This document shows, piece after piece, positions 39,483 to 49,568 of a stretch of DNA of 64,000 nucleotides. The translations under genes and the position numbers were made by a program. The DNA comes from a virus: IMG/VR virus record IMGVR_UViG_3300044971_004534. The stretch is one strand, 5' to 3'. Position 1 is the stretch's first letter. Each line of letters opens with the position of its first letter. The notes under the pieces are model-generated. The model saw nothing but the letters and a program-made list of their open reading frames with translations. It ran no database searches and was not told the DNA's origin.

Positions 39483-40841
39483 ATGAAGATTCAGAATCGC
39501 ACAGGTCATTCTGTCTATATTTCTGATATTGATAGAAATTTTTCTCCAACTGAAATAGTTAATTTTTATGAATTATCAAAACAAGATTTATTAAAAAGTA
39601 CTTCACTTAGAAAATTAATACGTTCTGGAGCTTTTTATCCCGTTGAATGGGATGTCAATTCAACTCTTGAATCTTCTCTTCAAAAAGAAAGTGAGCAATT
39701 TTATCAGGCTATGGTAAAAGAAAAAAATAAAGAAAGCAACGGAATATTATTAAGAGGCCAGTTTTTAGATTACAGTGGATATGGCAAGGTGAATAGAAAT
39801 CTTGCTATATGCTTAAAAAAACGAGGGGTAAATATTTCCGTTAATGCTATTGATCATGCTCACCCAAGGCTAATAGGAAATGATCTAATAATAGGATCAA
39901 GTTTTTCTTATACTCACAGTACAGTTTCTGATGTTGTGATAGACAGTATTGTTCCGTCTTTTGATACTGCTCGTGGTAAGAAGAAATCAATTTTATACAC
40001 CACTGTTGAATCTTATACAATACCACAAAACTTTTCAGATATATTTAAAAAGTATGATGAGATATGGACTACCTCTAATTTTTGCAAGAGTGTAATTTCT
40101 CAACATTTTAGCGGTCCTATATCGGTAGTGCCTGGAATCGTAGATTCTCAGACTTATTGCATTGATGGAAATAGGGCAGATATACGTAATCAGTCTAAGA
40201 GCTTTAAATTTATTAGTGTCTTTAATTGGAACTACAGAAAAGGACCTGATGCATTGTTAAAAGCTTACTGTAAGGCATTTTCTAATAGTGATGATGTTTC
40301 TTTAATACTTGTCTGTCGCAAAAAAAGGATATCTGGTCCAGCTAGTGGTGTTAAAGACGAAGTTGAAAAAACTATTAATGATTTAAATTTAAAAAATCCA
40401 CCTCACATTATGCGTGTTACTAAAGAATTAAATGAAGATGGCATAGCCAGTCTTTATAGGGCTTGTAATGCCTTTGTACTTCCCTCTAGGGGCGAAGGTT
40501 ACGGCCTGCCCTACTTGGAGGCAAGCCTTTGTGGTCTGCCTGTGATTGGCACTAATGTAAGTGCAGTTGCAGACATTTTAAACACAAAAAATAGTTTATT
40601 ATTAGATATAGACCGTCTTTCAAAGGTTCCTCAAAATGCAACTGGTGCTTATTTTTGGGACGATCATATTATGGCAGATTTAACTTCTGAATCTTTTATT
40701 AATAGTCTTGCGGATGGTATGAAAGATATGTATATTCATTATAAAAAATATGTCGAAAAAAATAAAGATCTTCAAAAATTTGCTATACAGCATGCATCTG
40801 CGGATAAAGTTTTTAGCATAATAAAGGAAAGAATAAATTGA
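39483..40841 (+). CDS. GT4-type (GT-B) glycosyltransferase with an extra N-terminal ~60-aa module
   Basis: E-x7-E region VLPSRGEGYGLPYLEASLCGLPVIGTNVSAVADIL. The size and layout are those of GT4 enzymes. Confidence 0.85.
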   Translation: MKIQNRTGHSVYISDIDRNFSPTEIVNFYELSKQDLLKSTSLRKLIRSGAFYPVEWDVNSTLESSLQKESEQFYQAMVKEKNKESNGILLRGQFLDYSGYGKVNRNLAICLKKRGVNISVNAIDHAHPRLIGNDLIIGSSFSYTHSTVSDVVIDSIVPSFDTARGKKKSILYTTVESYTIPQNFSDIFKKYDEIWTTSNFCKSVISQHFSGPISVVPGIVDSQTYCIDGNRADIRNQSKSFKFISVFNWNYRKGPDALLKAYCKAFSNSDDVSLILVCRKKRISGPASGVKDEVEKTINDLNLKNPPHIMRVTKELNEDGIASLYRACNAFVLPSRGEGYGLPYLEASLCGLPVIGTNVSAVADILNTKNSLLLDIDRLSKVPQNATGAYFWDDHIMADLTSESFINSLADGMKDMYIHYKKYVEKNKDLQKFAIQHASADKVFSIIKERIN

Positions 40842-41428
40842 TAGCCATATTTGATTATAGTGAAGACAAGGTTGTGCTTATAGGCGACAAAACTTATCGT
40901 ATTAGTTTTGAAGAATTTAATCGCATAGAGAACAAATTGAGAGCTATTGGACTTTTGGTTTTAAACGGTCGTGACTCTCATATCGCAACAAGTGTTGTCA
41001 AGCAGCCATCTTTGCTGTCAGGTAATGAACGTCTTGTTTCAGAGCAACAAAGTGGTCAAAAAGAATATATTGGTTCAGCTAGTGGTAAATGTGTTATAGT
41101 GAATGGTCTTGAGCCAAAAATACAGTTCATGGGACTAGATGACATAAAATCTATTGGTAGTATCTCTTCCACTTATGGCTCCATTCCAGAGGCTATATCT
41201 ATACTTATAAAAAATGGTCAACTTGTTTTGCTTAATGATGCTGAAAAAGCAGAACGATTGGAAAAAATGAAACAAAAAATGGCAGTAAAAGGCAAATCAA
41301 TCAAGCAGGCGAGCAGTAAGTCTGTAAGATTATCTGAAAATGCTATGGAAGATTCTGGCTATGAAGATTCTTCTGATGTTGATGTAGAAGATAGAGTTAT
41401 GAGAAACGCAGTAAAAATAGATTTATAA
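40838..41428 (+). CDS. hypothetical protein (196 aa)
   Basis: Overlaps the upstream stop. No motif recognised. Confidence 0.65.
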   Translation: MIAIFDYSEDKVVLIGDKTYRISFEEFNRIENKLRAIGLLVLNGRDSHIATSVVKQPSLLSGNERLVSEQQSGQKEYIGSASGKCVIVNGLEPKIQFMGLDDIKSIGSISSTYGSIPEAISILIKNGQLVLLNDAEKAERLEKMKQKMAVKGKSIKQASSKSVRLSENAMEDSGYEDSSDVDVEDRVMRNAVKIDL

Positions 41429-41429
41429 A

Positions 41430-42143
41430 ATGAAAAAGATACTACTATCATTGCCTCAAGTTGAATGGTCATGCTTTCTGGCGTCATATTTGCAAAACAT
41501 TTTGCAAATATACTATGCAACACCGGTTGATTTTGATTTGCTTGAAAAAAATTCTATTGATGAAATAACTTTTCCATATATAGGCGGTAAAAATCAAATC
41601 GTTAATTATTGTGAAATTCAAAAGTCATATGACTTGGTTGTGGACTTAGATCCTGATCCGTTGTTTTCTAAGTTTTTAAATAATAAATATGGGAATGTTG
41701 AAAGTATACAGAATTGCTTATATAATTCAGGTGAAATTTCTATATGGGAATCTGTTGCTAATCATTTTTCTGTACCGTTTTTAGAGCCAAAATTTTCTAT
41801 AAAAATTAAAAATAAGACTCGTAAAAATCGTTCTATATCTGGTGTTGCGATAAAAAATAACAATTTAAGGTCATATGTCAAAAATGCTTTTTTTATTGAA
41901 GACAACAGATTGTGGCATGTTCCCGTAAGACAAAATTTGATTAAAAGATATGATGAGTGTAATACTGTAGAAAGTATTGTTACTGATGATATCTTCTGTG
42001 CTTTATCAGGTTTTGCAATGAATAAAGATGTAATATTTTTAAGGCTTAATGAGTGCACTCCAAATATTCATATAAAAGATAAAATACATATACAAGATAT
42101 TGGAGATTTTATTAATGCAGCTCATACTAAAGAAGCCAATTGA
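41430..42143 (+). CDS. hypothetical protein (237 aa)
   Basis: Starts 1 nt after the upstream stop. No motif recognised. Confidence 0.65.
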   Translation: MKKILLSLPQVEWSCFLASYLQNILQIYYATPVDFDLLEKNSIDEITFPYIGGKNQIVNYCEIQKSYDLVVDLDPDPLFSKFLNNKYGNVESIQNCLYNSGEISIWESVANHFSVPFLEPKFSIKIKNKTRKNRSISGVAIKNNNLRSYVKNAFFIEDNRLWHVPVRQNLIKRYDECNTVESIVTDDIFCALSGFAMNKDVIFLRLNECTPNIHIKDKIHIQDIGDFINAAHTKEAN

Positions 42144-42954
42144 TAGGAAAAAATCTGTAAAAAGCGTTAAAGAACCCATTAGGTATTTACCAACTAATTT
42201 TGGATTTCATATACCTAATGTGAATCCTGGGAATGTTAAAGTCGCTGTTTTGGACACAGGAGTTCCAGCTCATAGCGATATGTCAAATATAGGATGTCAT
42301 TCTGAACTTTCATTTGTAGATCTTTTATCTTCAAAATCTACAGTATGGGATGAGCATGGTCATGCTACGATAGTTACTGGGATACTCGCTGGGTCTAATC
42401 CAAGCACCATCATGGGTATGGCTCCATCTGCAAGATATTATTTCTGTAAGGTGATGGACGATTTTGGAGATGGAGACACAAACAATTTAACAGCCGGAAT
42501 AATATGGTCAATTACTAATAACGTTGATATTATTTTGATATGCGCTGGCTCTCCAATTTATGACAGATATTTAGAAAAAGTGATTAAAAAAGCAGTAGAT
42601 GTTGGATGCATAGTTATAGCTTCATCTGGCAAGGAGGTAACTAGGGGAAATAAAATATTATATCCAGCAGCATTTGACGGTGTTATATGTTGTAGTTCTT
42701 CCAAGGAACCAAGCTCTCAATTTGTTCCTGATAAAAATAAGCTCTATGTTGATGTGAATGCAAGTAACACGTGGTCTACTTTTCCGTCAGATTCTTATAT
42801 GAAAACTTCTGGTAGTAGTATTGCAGCGTCTATTGTTTGTGGGTGTAGTATTAATCTTCTTGGAGATTGCCGCATGAGGAATATTCCTATTAATAGTGTA
42901 GCAGACTTTATGCAGAAGATGGATAGTTCTTTTAGGGGTGAATCATATGGCTAA
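42115..42954 (+). CDS. subtilisin-like serine protease (peptidase S8)
   Basis: Catalytic triad motifs appear in order: VAVLDTGV (Asp), HGHATIVTGILAG (His), TSGSSIAASIVCG (Ser). ATG 42115 has GGAG upstream (the ORF track starts at TTG 42100). No obvious signal peptide. Confidence 0.85.
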   Translation: MQLILKKPIDRKKSVKSVKEPIRYLPTNFGFHIPNVNPGNVKVAVLDTGVPAHSDMSNIGCHSELSFVDLLSSKSTVWDEHGHATIVTGILAGSNPSTIMGMAPSARYYFCKVMDDFGDGDTNNLTAGIIWSITNNVDIILICAGSPIYDRYLEKVIKKAVDVGCIVIASSGKEVTRGNKILYPAAFDGVICCSSSKEPSSQFVPDKNKLYVDVNASNTWSTFPSDSYMKTSGSSIAASIVCGCSINLLGDCRMRNIPINSVADFMQKMDSSFRGESYG

Positions 42955-43762
42955 TCTTGTATTTACTTTTACCACACAATATCCAGGTAGCTACTACGCC
43001 CTTGTTCATGATCATAAAAATATGTTTGTCAGTAGAATAACTGGTAACGCTGAATTTGTTTTTGGTAACATATCTAATTATTGTTTTTCTTTAACGCGTG
43101 GTAATTTAAATACTTATACAACAAATGTTTCTTCAGATAAGCTTGGAACTGGTGTCTATACTTTTAGAATTTATAACAAAAACGGAAGTTCTTTTGATCC
43201 TGAAAAAGATGAGTTAGTTTCAGTAGGGCAAACGGGCTGGAATGCTGCTTTATCCTTACAGACTAATCCTAATGATATTATTAGTTCTATTGATGCATAT
43301 GAAAAGCGTCAGGATAATATATTTAGATTAGAAATACTATTAGATTCTGTTCAGCTAGGACTGCGTAACAATGAAACTGGTTTTGCAAGAATAGATTTTG
43401 ATGAAATAACTTCGTCAATGAAAATAAAATCCTTTTGGAAATTACAAACTGGTATTATTCCTAGTCGTATTAGCTTGAGGGGGCCAGCAGCATTAGGTGC
43501 AAGAGCAAACCCTGTTTTATCTATTAATATTCCAAACAATGCGTCAAAGCTAGATAGTATTCAGCAGGTAGATAATGCCGTAGCTTCTTTGTTGGCTTCT
43601 AAGAATTTTTATGTCACTATAGATACTTCTGCCTTTCCAAATGGTAGAATAGGGGGATATCCAATTTATTCTCCTTCTTCTATTTCTACACGTTCTGGCA
43701 CTGTAGCTTTTAGAATTGCATCTAGCAATACTTCAACAGGAGTTTCTTTCAGGACTTCATAA
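42947..43762 (+). CDS. hypothetical protein (tentative CHRD-like C-terminal motif)
   Basis: ATG 42947 overlaps the end of the protease gene. FYVTIDTSAFPNGRIGGYPI resembles the CHRD signature YVNVHT..fP.GeIRGq. This similarity is weak and tentative. Confidence 0.6.
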   Translation: MANLVFTFTTQYPGSYYALVHDHKNMFVSRITGNAEFVFGNISNYCFSLTRGNLNTYTTNVSSDKLGTGVYTFRIYNKNGSSFDPEKDELVSVGQTGWNAALSLQTNPNDIISSIDAYEKRQDNIFRLEILLDSVQLGLRNNETGFARIDFDEITSSMKIKSFWKLQTGIIPSRISLRGPAALGARANPVLSINIPNNASKLDSIQQVDNAVASLLASKNFYVTIDTSAFPNGRIGGYPIYSPSSISTRSGTVAFRIASSNTSTGVSFRTS

Positions 43763-43770
43763 ATATTAGT

Positions 43771-44781
43771 ATGACTACATACGGACAAATAGCAGAAAAT
43801 GTTGGAAATTTCTCTCAAGGCACTATTAACAGTCTTTTCTTGAAAGTTACCGACATAGACGGCAAGGCTAAGGCTGCAGAGGATGTAAAGATAAGTATTA
43901 CTAAAGACGACGCATATGCTGATCCTGTTGTGGATTTGGCAATAGCATCTACAGTGCAAGACGGATATTATTTTTATGAATGGTCTATAGCTAGCGATGC
44001 CCCTGCTGGCAACTATACTGTTACATGGACTTATTTATTAGATGATGAAGAAAAAATTACTATTCAATCTGTTATCGTAAATGAAAAACCAACTGCTGAA
44101 AATGCATATTGGGGCGTAGTTAATGATCTAAGAATTGCTCTTGAGTTTCATATTCGTTCTGCTATGAATATTCCTATTTATTTTGAACAGGCTAAGCCAA
44201 GTAGAAATAAAACAAATTATAAATTTACATTTCCCAGATGGAATCAAAGTGCTGGCGTTAAAGTATACAGAAATCAAGAAATTGTAGAATCTGGCGTTAC
44301 TATAAATTATTTTAAGGGAGAAGTAATTTTTGACAATCCCTTGTCTACATATGATGTAGTAAATTGTGATTATAATTTTAGATGGTTTGATGATGGTCAA
44401 TTATATCAATTTTTGCAAAACGGTCTTAATAGATATAATCACTATCCAGCAGTTTCTTATTACGCTTTAAATTCAATGCCAGAAAGAGCTTACACTCCGG
44501 TCATATATGGAGCTGTGGTTGACGCTCTTAGGGAAATGATGATGTCTTTGCAGTTCCAAGAGCCACAGCTTGTCTTTGGTTCTGTAGAAAGAGCTCAAAG
44601 TGTGTTTGGAAACCTTGACACATTAAAGAAAAATTACGAAGAAAGTCTTAAGTCCATGCTTGATACCAAGAAGAATGGACCTTACACTGGATTGACAAAG
44701 ATGATTGTCGTTCCTGAGTACACGCTGCCTGGAGGCAGAAGTCGTTGGTTTAGATACATGTTCACAGGTTCAAATATTTAA
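43771..44781 (+). CDS. hypothetical virion/neck-region protein (336 aa)
   Basis: Has a beta-sandwich-like segment DGYYFYEWSIASDAPAGNYTVTWTY. No family recognised. Confidence 0.7.
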   Translation: MTTYGQIAENVGNFSQGTINSLFLKVTDIDGKAKAAEDVKISITKDDAYADPVVDLAIASTVQDGYYFYEWSIASDAPAGNYTVTWTYLLDDEEKITIQSVIVNEKPTAENAYWGVVNDLRIALEFHIRSAMNIPIYFEQAKPSRNKTNYKFTFPRWNQSAGVKVYRNQEIVESGVTINYFKGEVIFDNPLSTYDVVNCDYNFRWFDDGQLYQFLQNGLNRYNHYPAVSYYALNSMPERAYTPVIYGAVVDALREMMMSLQFQEPQLVFGSVERAQSVFGNLDTLKKNYEESLKSMLDTKKNGPYTGLTKMIVVPEYTLPGGRSRWFRYMFTGSNI

Positions 44782-44782
44782 T

Positions 44783-45064
44783 ATGTTTACAAAAGATAAT
44801 ATAAGAAATGCGTTAATGGATAAAAATGTAACATTTTTTGTGTTACCTACTAAAGCCATAAAAGATCATATTATTAAATGTGATGATCCAGACATTAATG
44901 GATTGTCGCAAGAAGTTAAGAGTATATTTTTGGAAGGGAAGGGGCTGACGGTAGAAAATAAAATGGTTGCAGATTATATGGATGGAATGCTTGACTCAAA
45001 AAATCACAAAATAATATCTTTATGTGAAATAAGAGTTTTGCAAGACAGAGTACCTGTAATTTAA
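44783..45064 (+). CDS. hypothetical protein (93 aa from ATG 44783)
   Basis: The ORF-track start 44705 lies inside the upstream gene. ATG 44783 sits 1 nt after the upstream stop. Confidence 0.6.
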   Translation: MFTKDNIRNALMDKNVTFFVLPTKAIKDHIIKCDDPDINGLSQEVKSIFLEGKGLTVENKMVADYMDGMLDSKNHKIISLCEIRVLQDRVPVI

Positions 45065-45075
45065 AAAAAATAGTT

Positions 45076-45489
45076 ATGGTCATTACTGGGAAAAAAGACC
45101 CGATTATATTCAAGGACTATGGAGAATATTTCCATTTTACTCGCCCCTTGAGTCTTTATCAAAAAACTAAACTGTTTGATAGCTTTAGACACGATTTACG
45201 TTATCTACTTGAGAGTAGCTATTTAGAAGATGGATGGGCTGAAGTCGTAGAGATGAATTTACTGGAGCACAAAATAGAGTCTATTAAAAAACAGTTTAAT
45301 AAAGATCTTTATCAGATGAAATTAAAAATAAACTCAGGATTTAAAATTAGAGTAAAACAGACATTTTGGAATTTTGTACAACAAGAACTTTCTGACATAT
45401 CAGAAAGTCGTAAAAAACATATTTTGGGCAACATATCGTATAGTCATGACCCAAAAGATTTGCGTTGGATTATTATTGAAAAGAGGTAA
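45076..45489 (+). CDS. hypothetical protein (137 aa)
   Basis: ORF with no motif recognised. Confidence 0.65.
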   Translation: MVITGKKDPIIFKDYGEYFHFTRPLSLYQKTKLFDSFRHDLRYLLESSYLEDGWAEVVEMNLLEHKIESIKKQFNKDLYQMKLKINSGFKIRVKQTFWNFVQQELSDISESRKKHILGNISYSHDPKDLRWIIIEKR

Positions 45490-45493
45490 ATTT

Positions 45494-46198
45494 ATGAGCA
45501 AGAATACGAAGGCTAAGAAGAAGGCTGCACAGGAGCTGAAAACTGGCACTTATGTGTACAGTGCTTTTAAGCCAAGAGATTCGTTTCAGCAATCTGCAGT
45601 AGATACTGTTTTGTCAAACCCAGTTTCCGTGCTTTATGGTGTTGCAGGCACTGGTAAAACGACGGTGGCAGTTGGTTGTGCGCTCAGAATGTTAATGGCT
45701 GGCGAAATAGACACTATTGTCGTGACCAGGCCATACGTAACCGCTGGTGAAAAGCTTGGTTTTTTACCAGGTAATATTGAAGAAAAGTTTGACCCGTTTG
45801 TAATGCCAATTAAGATGATATTAGAAAAACTTGTTGGCAAAGCTACTGCTGGTAGATACTTTGCTAGCAATAAGGTCATGATACTCCCTCTTGCATATAT
45901 GAGAGGCATGACTTTTGAGAAGTCTTTTGTGATTATGGATGAAGCTCAAAACAGTAGTTGTGAACAAATGCATCTTTTATTAACTCGTTTAGGTAAAGAC
46001 AGTAAAATATGTATTGCTGGTGACGAGTTCCAGACAGACCTTGAAAAGAGCTCTAAGAATGGCTTGACTGATGCGCTTCATAGGTTAAAGGGTATAGAAG
46101 GCATTGGAATGTTTGAGTTCCCTCCAGAGAGCTGCCAAAGACATGCTCTAGTGTCTCAAATTGACTCTAAATACAAAAACTATAAACCATCTAAGTAA
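45494..46198 (+). CDS. phoH: PhoH-like ATPase
   Basis: Walker A YGVAGTGKTTVAVG, Walker B FVIMDEAQN, and GDEFQTDL. ATG 45494 chosen (MSKNTKAKKK...); the ORF-track start 45374 overlaps the upstream gene. Confidence 0.9.
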   Translation: MSKNTKAKKKAAQELKTGTYVYSAFKPRDSFQQSAVDTVLSNPVSVLYGVAGTGKTTVAVGCALRMLMAGEIDTIVVTRPYVTAGEKLGFLPGNIEEKFDPFVMPIKMILEKLVGKATAGRYFASNKVMILPLAYMRGMTFEKSFVIMDEAQNSSCEQMHLLLTRLGKDSKICIAGDEFQTDLEKSSKNGLTDALHRLKGIEGIGMFEFPPESCQRHALVSQIDSKYKNYKPSK

Positions 46199-46273
46199 TT
46201 GTCGTTTACTGTTATACGCAAAAACCTGCAGGGGTATTGGCTATTATTTTCGAAATAAATTTAGGTAATTTAT

Positions 46274-48865
46274 ATGAGTACTCCATTTAATTTAATAAAA
46301 TTAGCTCAAAGTATAAGCGAATTAGAGGCAGAGGCTAGGCAGATAATTGCTCGCCTCGGCGTCAAAGCTGCCTCTAAGGACAAACGCTTACAGGAGATAA
46401 TTCTGCTGCTACAAACAAAAGAAAGTCCTCGTGCTGAGGCTATTGCTGACAGTTTAACCAGTGATCTATATTCTGAGGAGCTTGTGCCAGAGCAGCGCTC
46501 TGTAGAACAAGTAGCTCAAGAAAGAGGTTTAAGAGAAAAGCATTGGAGCGTCGTTCTGCTTGGAGAATTGAACAAGGTGGCTGGTTCATTAAAGGGAAAA
46601 ATTATTAGTGATATCAAGAGCATAAATACCGAGCCATATAAAAACTGTGCAAACGCAAGCGCTCTTCGATGGGTTCAATATAATGCTGGTCGTAAGGGTC
46701 ATGGTAGTATCTATGCTAACGCTATTGACACATTGGCAAATGATACTAATCCAGTCTTTGAGATGGATGATTTTTTTGGATATCATCCGCCAATTGTTGC
46801 TACTTATTACGCTTTGCATCCAGAAATACTCAAGTCTATCTCTCAATCTATGTATGACAGAATGCTGTCTTATGGCATTTCTGATGTGTCTGAAGGGGTA
46901 AGTAGCGTCCAGCGAGTTGATTTATTAAAATATCGTGAAAATATTTTGCAAAACTGGGGTGCCTTAAGCTCTAACAAGGGTGGAATCCCCCTCCATTGGA
47001 CATCATATCGAGATGAATCAAATAGCTTTTTTACATTTGGACAAATATTAATTAAAGACTTTACTCATAGATTGTCTCAGCAAGATCCTGAAGCAATGTG
47101 TATTTTATTTGAAAAGCTCTACAGGCACGTTACAAGGCTGGTCAGCGTGGAGATGAGTAAGGCTAAAGGCGACAGGGGTGCAGGCGAAGAAGGACAAGAT
47201 ATCGTAGAATTGGGTAAATCAGATTTTTCTTCAGCACAATCTGAACTAGTTGGCAATGAACAAAGACGCCAAGCTATGGAAGCAAATTTGCAATATGCTT
47301 TAGACGAGTCAGTTTTTTCTAATGGTACTAAATCCTTTGTCAAGCAAATAGAATTTTTGGAAACATATAAGTCTTACTTTAGTAGTCTTTTGTCAGTTAT
47401 GGATAGTAGCAGAGATCCTGAATCATTTAAGATTATCTTAAGTTTATCAAATGATGTAGAAAGTGCCATTTCTAATTTTGTTTATCAATACGTAGACTCG
47501 CTTACGAATGCGCATAAATATTCTTTAGAGTATAGAGAAAATAAAGGTATAACAATTTTAGATTTATCATTTGACAAAATGCTTAAATCTAATGCTCGCA
47601 AGGATGGTAAGCACTTTATTGTAAAATTTTCTGGCTCTAATGGTTATGTAAATATAAATGCAAAATTTATCGATAATGGTAAAAAGATCAAAAAAGAACT
47701 TGTTGATATTTCTAGTGGTAGACTTTTAGGAATATTTAAAGAGTTGTCTCTAATTGAATTTGATGGATTAGAAATAAAAATTTCACCTAAACAGATGTTG
47801 TCATTAACCAAGCAGGGAGATGACAATGAAAATGATTTGTTAAATTCTCTTGGTGATGTTTTTGAGATGTATGGCGAGCTAAATACGCCAGCAGAAAATA
47901 AAAAATTATCTCAGGCAGTATTTCAGAAGCCTTTTTATAGCGTAAAGCCAGAGCTGATACAACATTATCAGCAGCAAAATGCAATACCAATGTTGGCTTC
48001 AATATGTAGGGGCTTTTTTTATGAACATCCAGAGTTAATAGACAAAGTAATTGTTGGTATTAAAAATACTGGTAGCAAATCTCTAAGTGCACAAGAAAAA
48101 ATCATAGATTGGAAAAAATCATTTCCCAATCAGTATAATGCATTTGAAAGTGTATATGTACTTATATCAAATCATTTAATTAACAAGATTAGATTATTAA
48201 AAGAAAAAGTTAATTTAACTGATGAGGCTATAGAATGTTTTTATACAATTGGAAATTCAGCTTTAATTTCTGAAATTGAAAAATTATCTGTCTCTTTAAA
48301 AACAGAATCCGATCCAGATAAAAGGAAGGCAATATCTGATCTTATTGCTTCTCATAAAGAAGCTCAAAAAGTTTTTGATAATTTATTTATAGGATTAAAT
48401 CAGTCAGGTTTTAAAAGTGAAGGAAGCGTAGACGTTGATTCTAAGTGGCTTACCAGTGCAATCGGGAGTCTTTGGAAAGACGGAGAAATATCTAATTTAA
48501 TTGATAGTATAGAATATAAAGAAAAAATTATTCCTGAAATTACTTCATATATAAATAACCTAGACGATCTTCAAGTTATAGATTTAGCTGCTACAGCATA
48601 TCGTGGTCTAACATATAACATGACTAAGAAAGAATGCATGGACATTCTTCCAAAAATGAGGGGTATTTTAAGTAAATACGGATTAGAGTCTGGTGACGAA
48701 AAAGTTGCAGCAATCTTTTCTTTGTTGTCTTCTTCGTGTCCCATAGAGGCAAAACCAAAAACTGCAAATTCGCATTTCTCCTACAAATACGCAAATGTCG
48801 GTAATCATATTTATGAAATAAAAGATTGGATTAAAGCATTTGGAAGAAAAGCATATACAGAATAA
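46274..48865 (+). CDS. large hypothetical protein (863 aa)
   Basis: Long uninterrupted ORF after a 75-nt gap. Composition suggests a mainly helical protein. No catalytic motif recognised. Confidence 0.8.
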   Translation: MSTPFNLIKLAQSISELEAEARQIIARLGVKAASKDKRLQEIILLLQTKESPRAEAIADSLTSDLYSEELVPEQRSVEQVAQERGLREKHWSVVLLGELNKVAGSLKGKIISDIKSINTEPYKNCANASALRWVQYNAGRKGHGSIYANAIDTLANDTNPVFEMDDFFGYHPPIVATYYALHPEILKSISQSMYDRMLSYGISDVSEGVSSVQRVDLLKYRENILQNWGALSSNKGGIPLHWTSYRDESNSFFTFGQILIKDFTHRLSQQDPEAMCILFEKLYRHVTRLVSVEMSKAKGDRGAGEEGQDIVELGKSDFSSAQSELVGNEQRRQAMEANLQYALDESVFSNGTKSFVKQIEFLETYKSYFSSLLSVMDSSRDPESFKIILSLSNDVESAISNFVYQYVDSLTNAHKYSLEYRENKGITILDLSFDKMLKSNARKDGKHFIVKFSGSNGYVNINAKFIDNGKKIKKELVDISSGRLLGIFKELSLIEFDGLEIKISPKQMLSLTKQGDDNENDLLNSLGDVFEMYGELNTPAENKKLSQAVFQKPFYSVKPELIQHYQQQNAIPMLASICRGFFYEHPELIDKVIVGIKNTGSKSLSAQEKIIDWKKSFPNQYNAFESVYVLISNHLINKIRLLKEKVNLTDEAIECFYTIGNSALISEIEKLSVSLKTESDPDKRKAISDLIASHKEAQKVFDNLFIGLNQSGFKSEGSVDVDSKWLTSAIGSLWKDGEISNLIDSIEYKEKIIPEITSYINNLDDLQVIDLAATAYRGLTYNMTKKECMDILPKMRGILSKYGLESGDEKVAAIFSLLSSSCPIEAKPKTANSHFSYKYANVGNHIYEIKDWIKAFGRKAYTE

Positions 48866-49046
48866 TCATAAAATATCTTGCGTTTGTGCTTTATGTGGTA
48901 AACAAACTGACGCAAATATATCGCTTGAATTTAATTTTTTACAACGAAAAATATATTGGTATTGTGGTGAATGTCATAAAATGAATGACATAGATTTTCA
49001 AGCCTTAAAAGAAATACAACCACTTCCTAGAATGAGGTTAAGCTAA
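48840..49046 (+). CDS. small zinc-ribbon protein (68 aa, TTG start)
   Basis: CVCALC-x24-CGEC pattern. Overlaps the upstream ORF by 26 nt. TAATG junction with the next gene. Confidence 0.4.
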   Translation: MEEKHIQNNHKISCVCALCGKQTDANISLEFNFLQRKIYWYCGECHKMNDIDFQALKEIQPLPRMRLS

Positions 49047-49555
49047 TGTATGCAATAGTAAATACTTCTGGGAGACATTTGAGTTTGCAAGATTTGAGAG
49101 TAATGCTTTCTCCAAGAGAAAGAATAGATTTAGATTCTGTGTGTGACCGTAGAGAAATAGAAGCAAGTACTCATTTAAAGCATGCGCTGAAAAAAGGCTA
49201 TGTAAAGGTTGTTGTCAAAGACAAGGAGGGTCATGATTTTAGTGTTCCTCAAACTCAGTCTGGAATTACTAAAGATGATTTAAATAAAATAAAATCAGAG
49301 ATAGCCAGCATTATACAGGATGCGATTAAGTCCATGCCATCTTCTACAGTTGTGGTTCAAGGTGGTGTTGTTGATAAAAACGCCGATCATGTTGATCACG
49401 GCATTGAAATGTCAGACGAAGTTCTTGATCACATTCATAAAAAAGCAGTTGATCGTTTAATGAACAATACTGAAAAAACAGTAGATGTTAAGCCGGTACA
49501 TGGTTCTAATTTAAATATCAAAAAGAATCTTGATGAGTTAGAAGATTTACTATAA
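49046..49555 (+). CDS. hypothetical protein (169 aa) sharing an N-terminal module with ORFs 39483 and 19691
   Basis: See the finding on the shared N-terminal module. Confidence 0.7.
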   Translation: MYAIVNTSGRHLSLQDLRVMLSPRERIDLDSVCDRREIEASTHLKHALKKGYVKVVVKDKEGHDFSVPQTQSGITKDDLNKIKSEIASIIQDAIKSMPSSTVVVQGGVVDKNADHVDHGIEMSDEVLDHIHKKAVDRLMNNTEKTVDVKPVHGSNLNIKKNLDELEDLL

Positions 49556-49568
49556 ACAGGAGATACGC

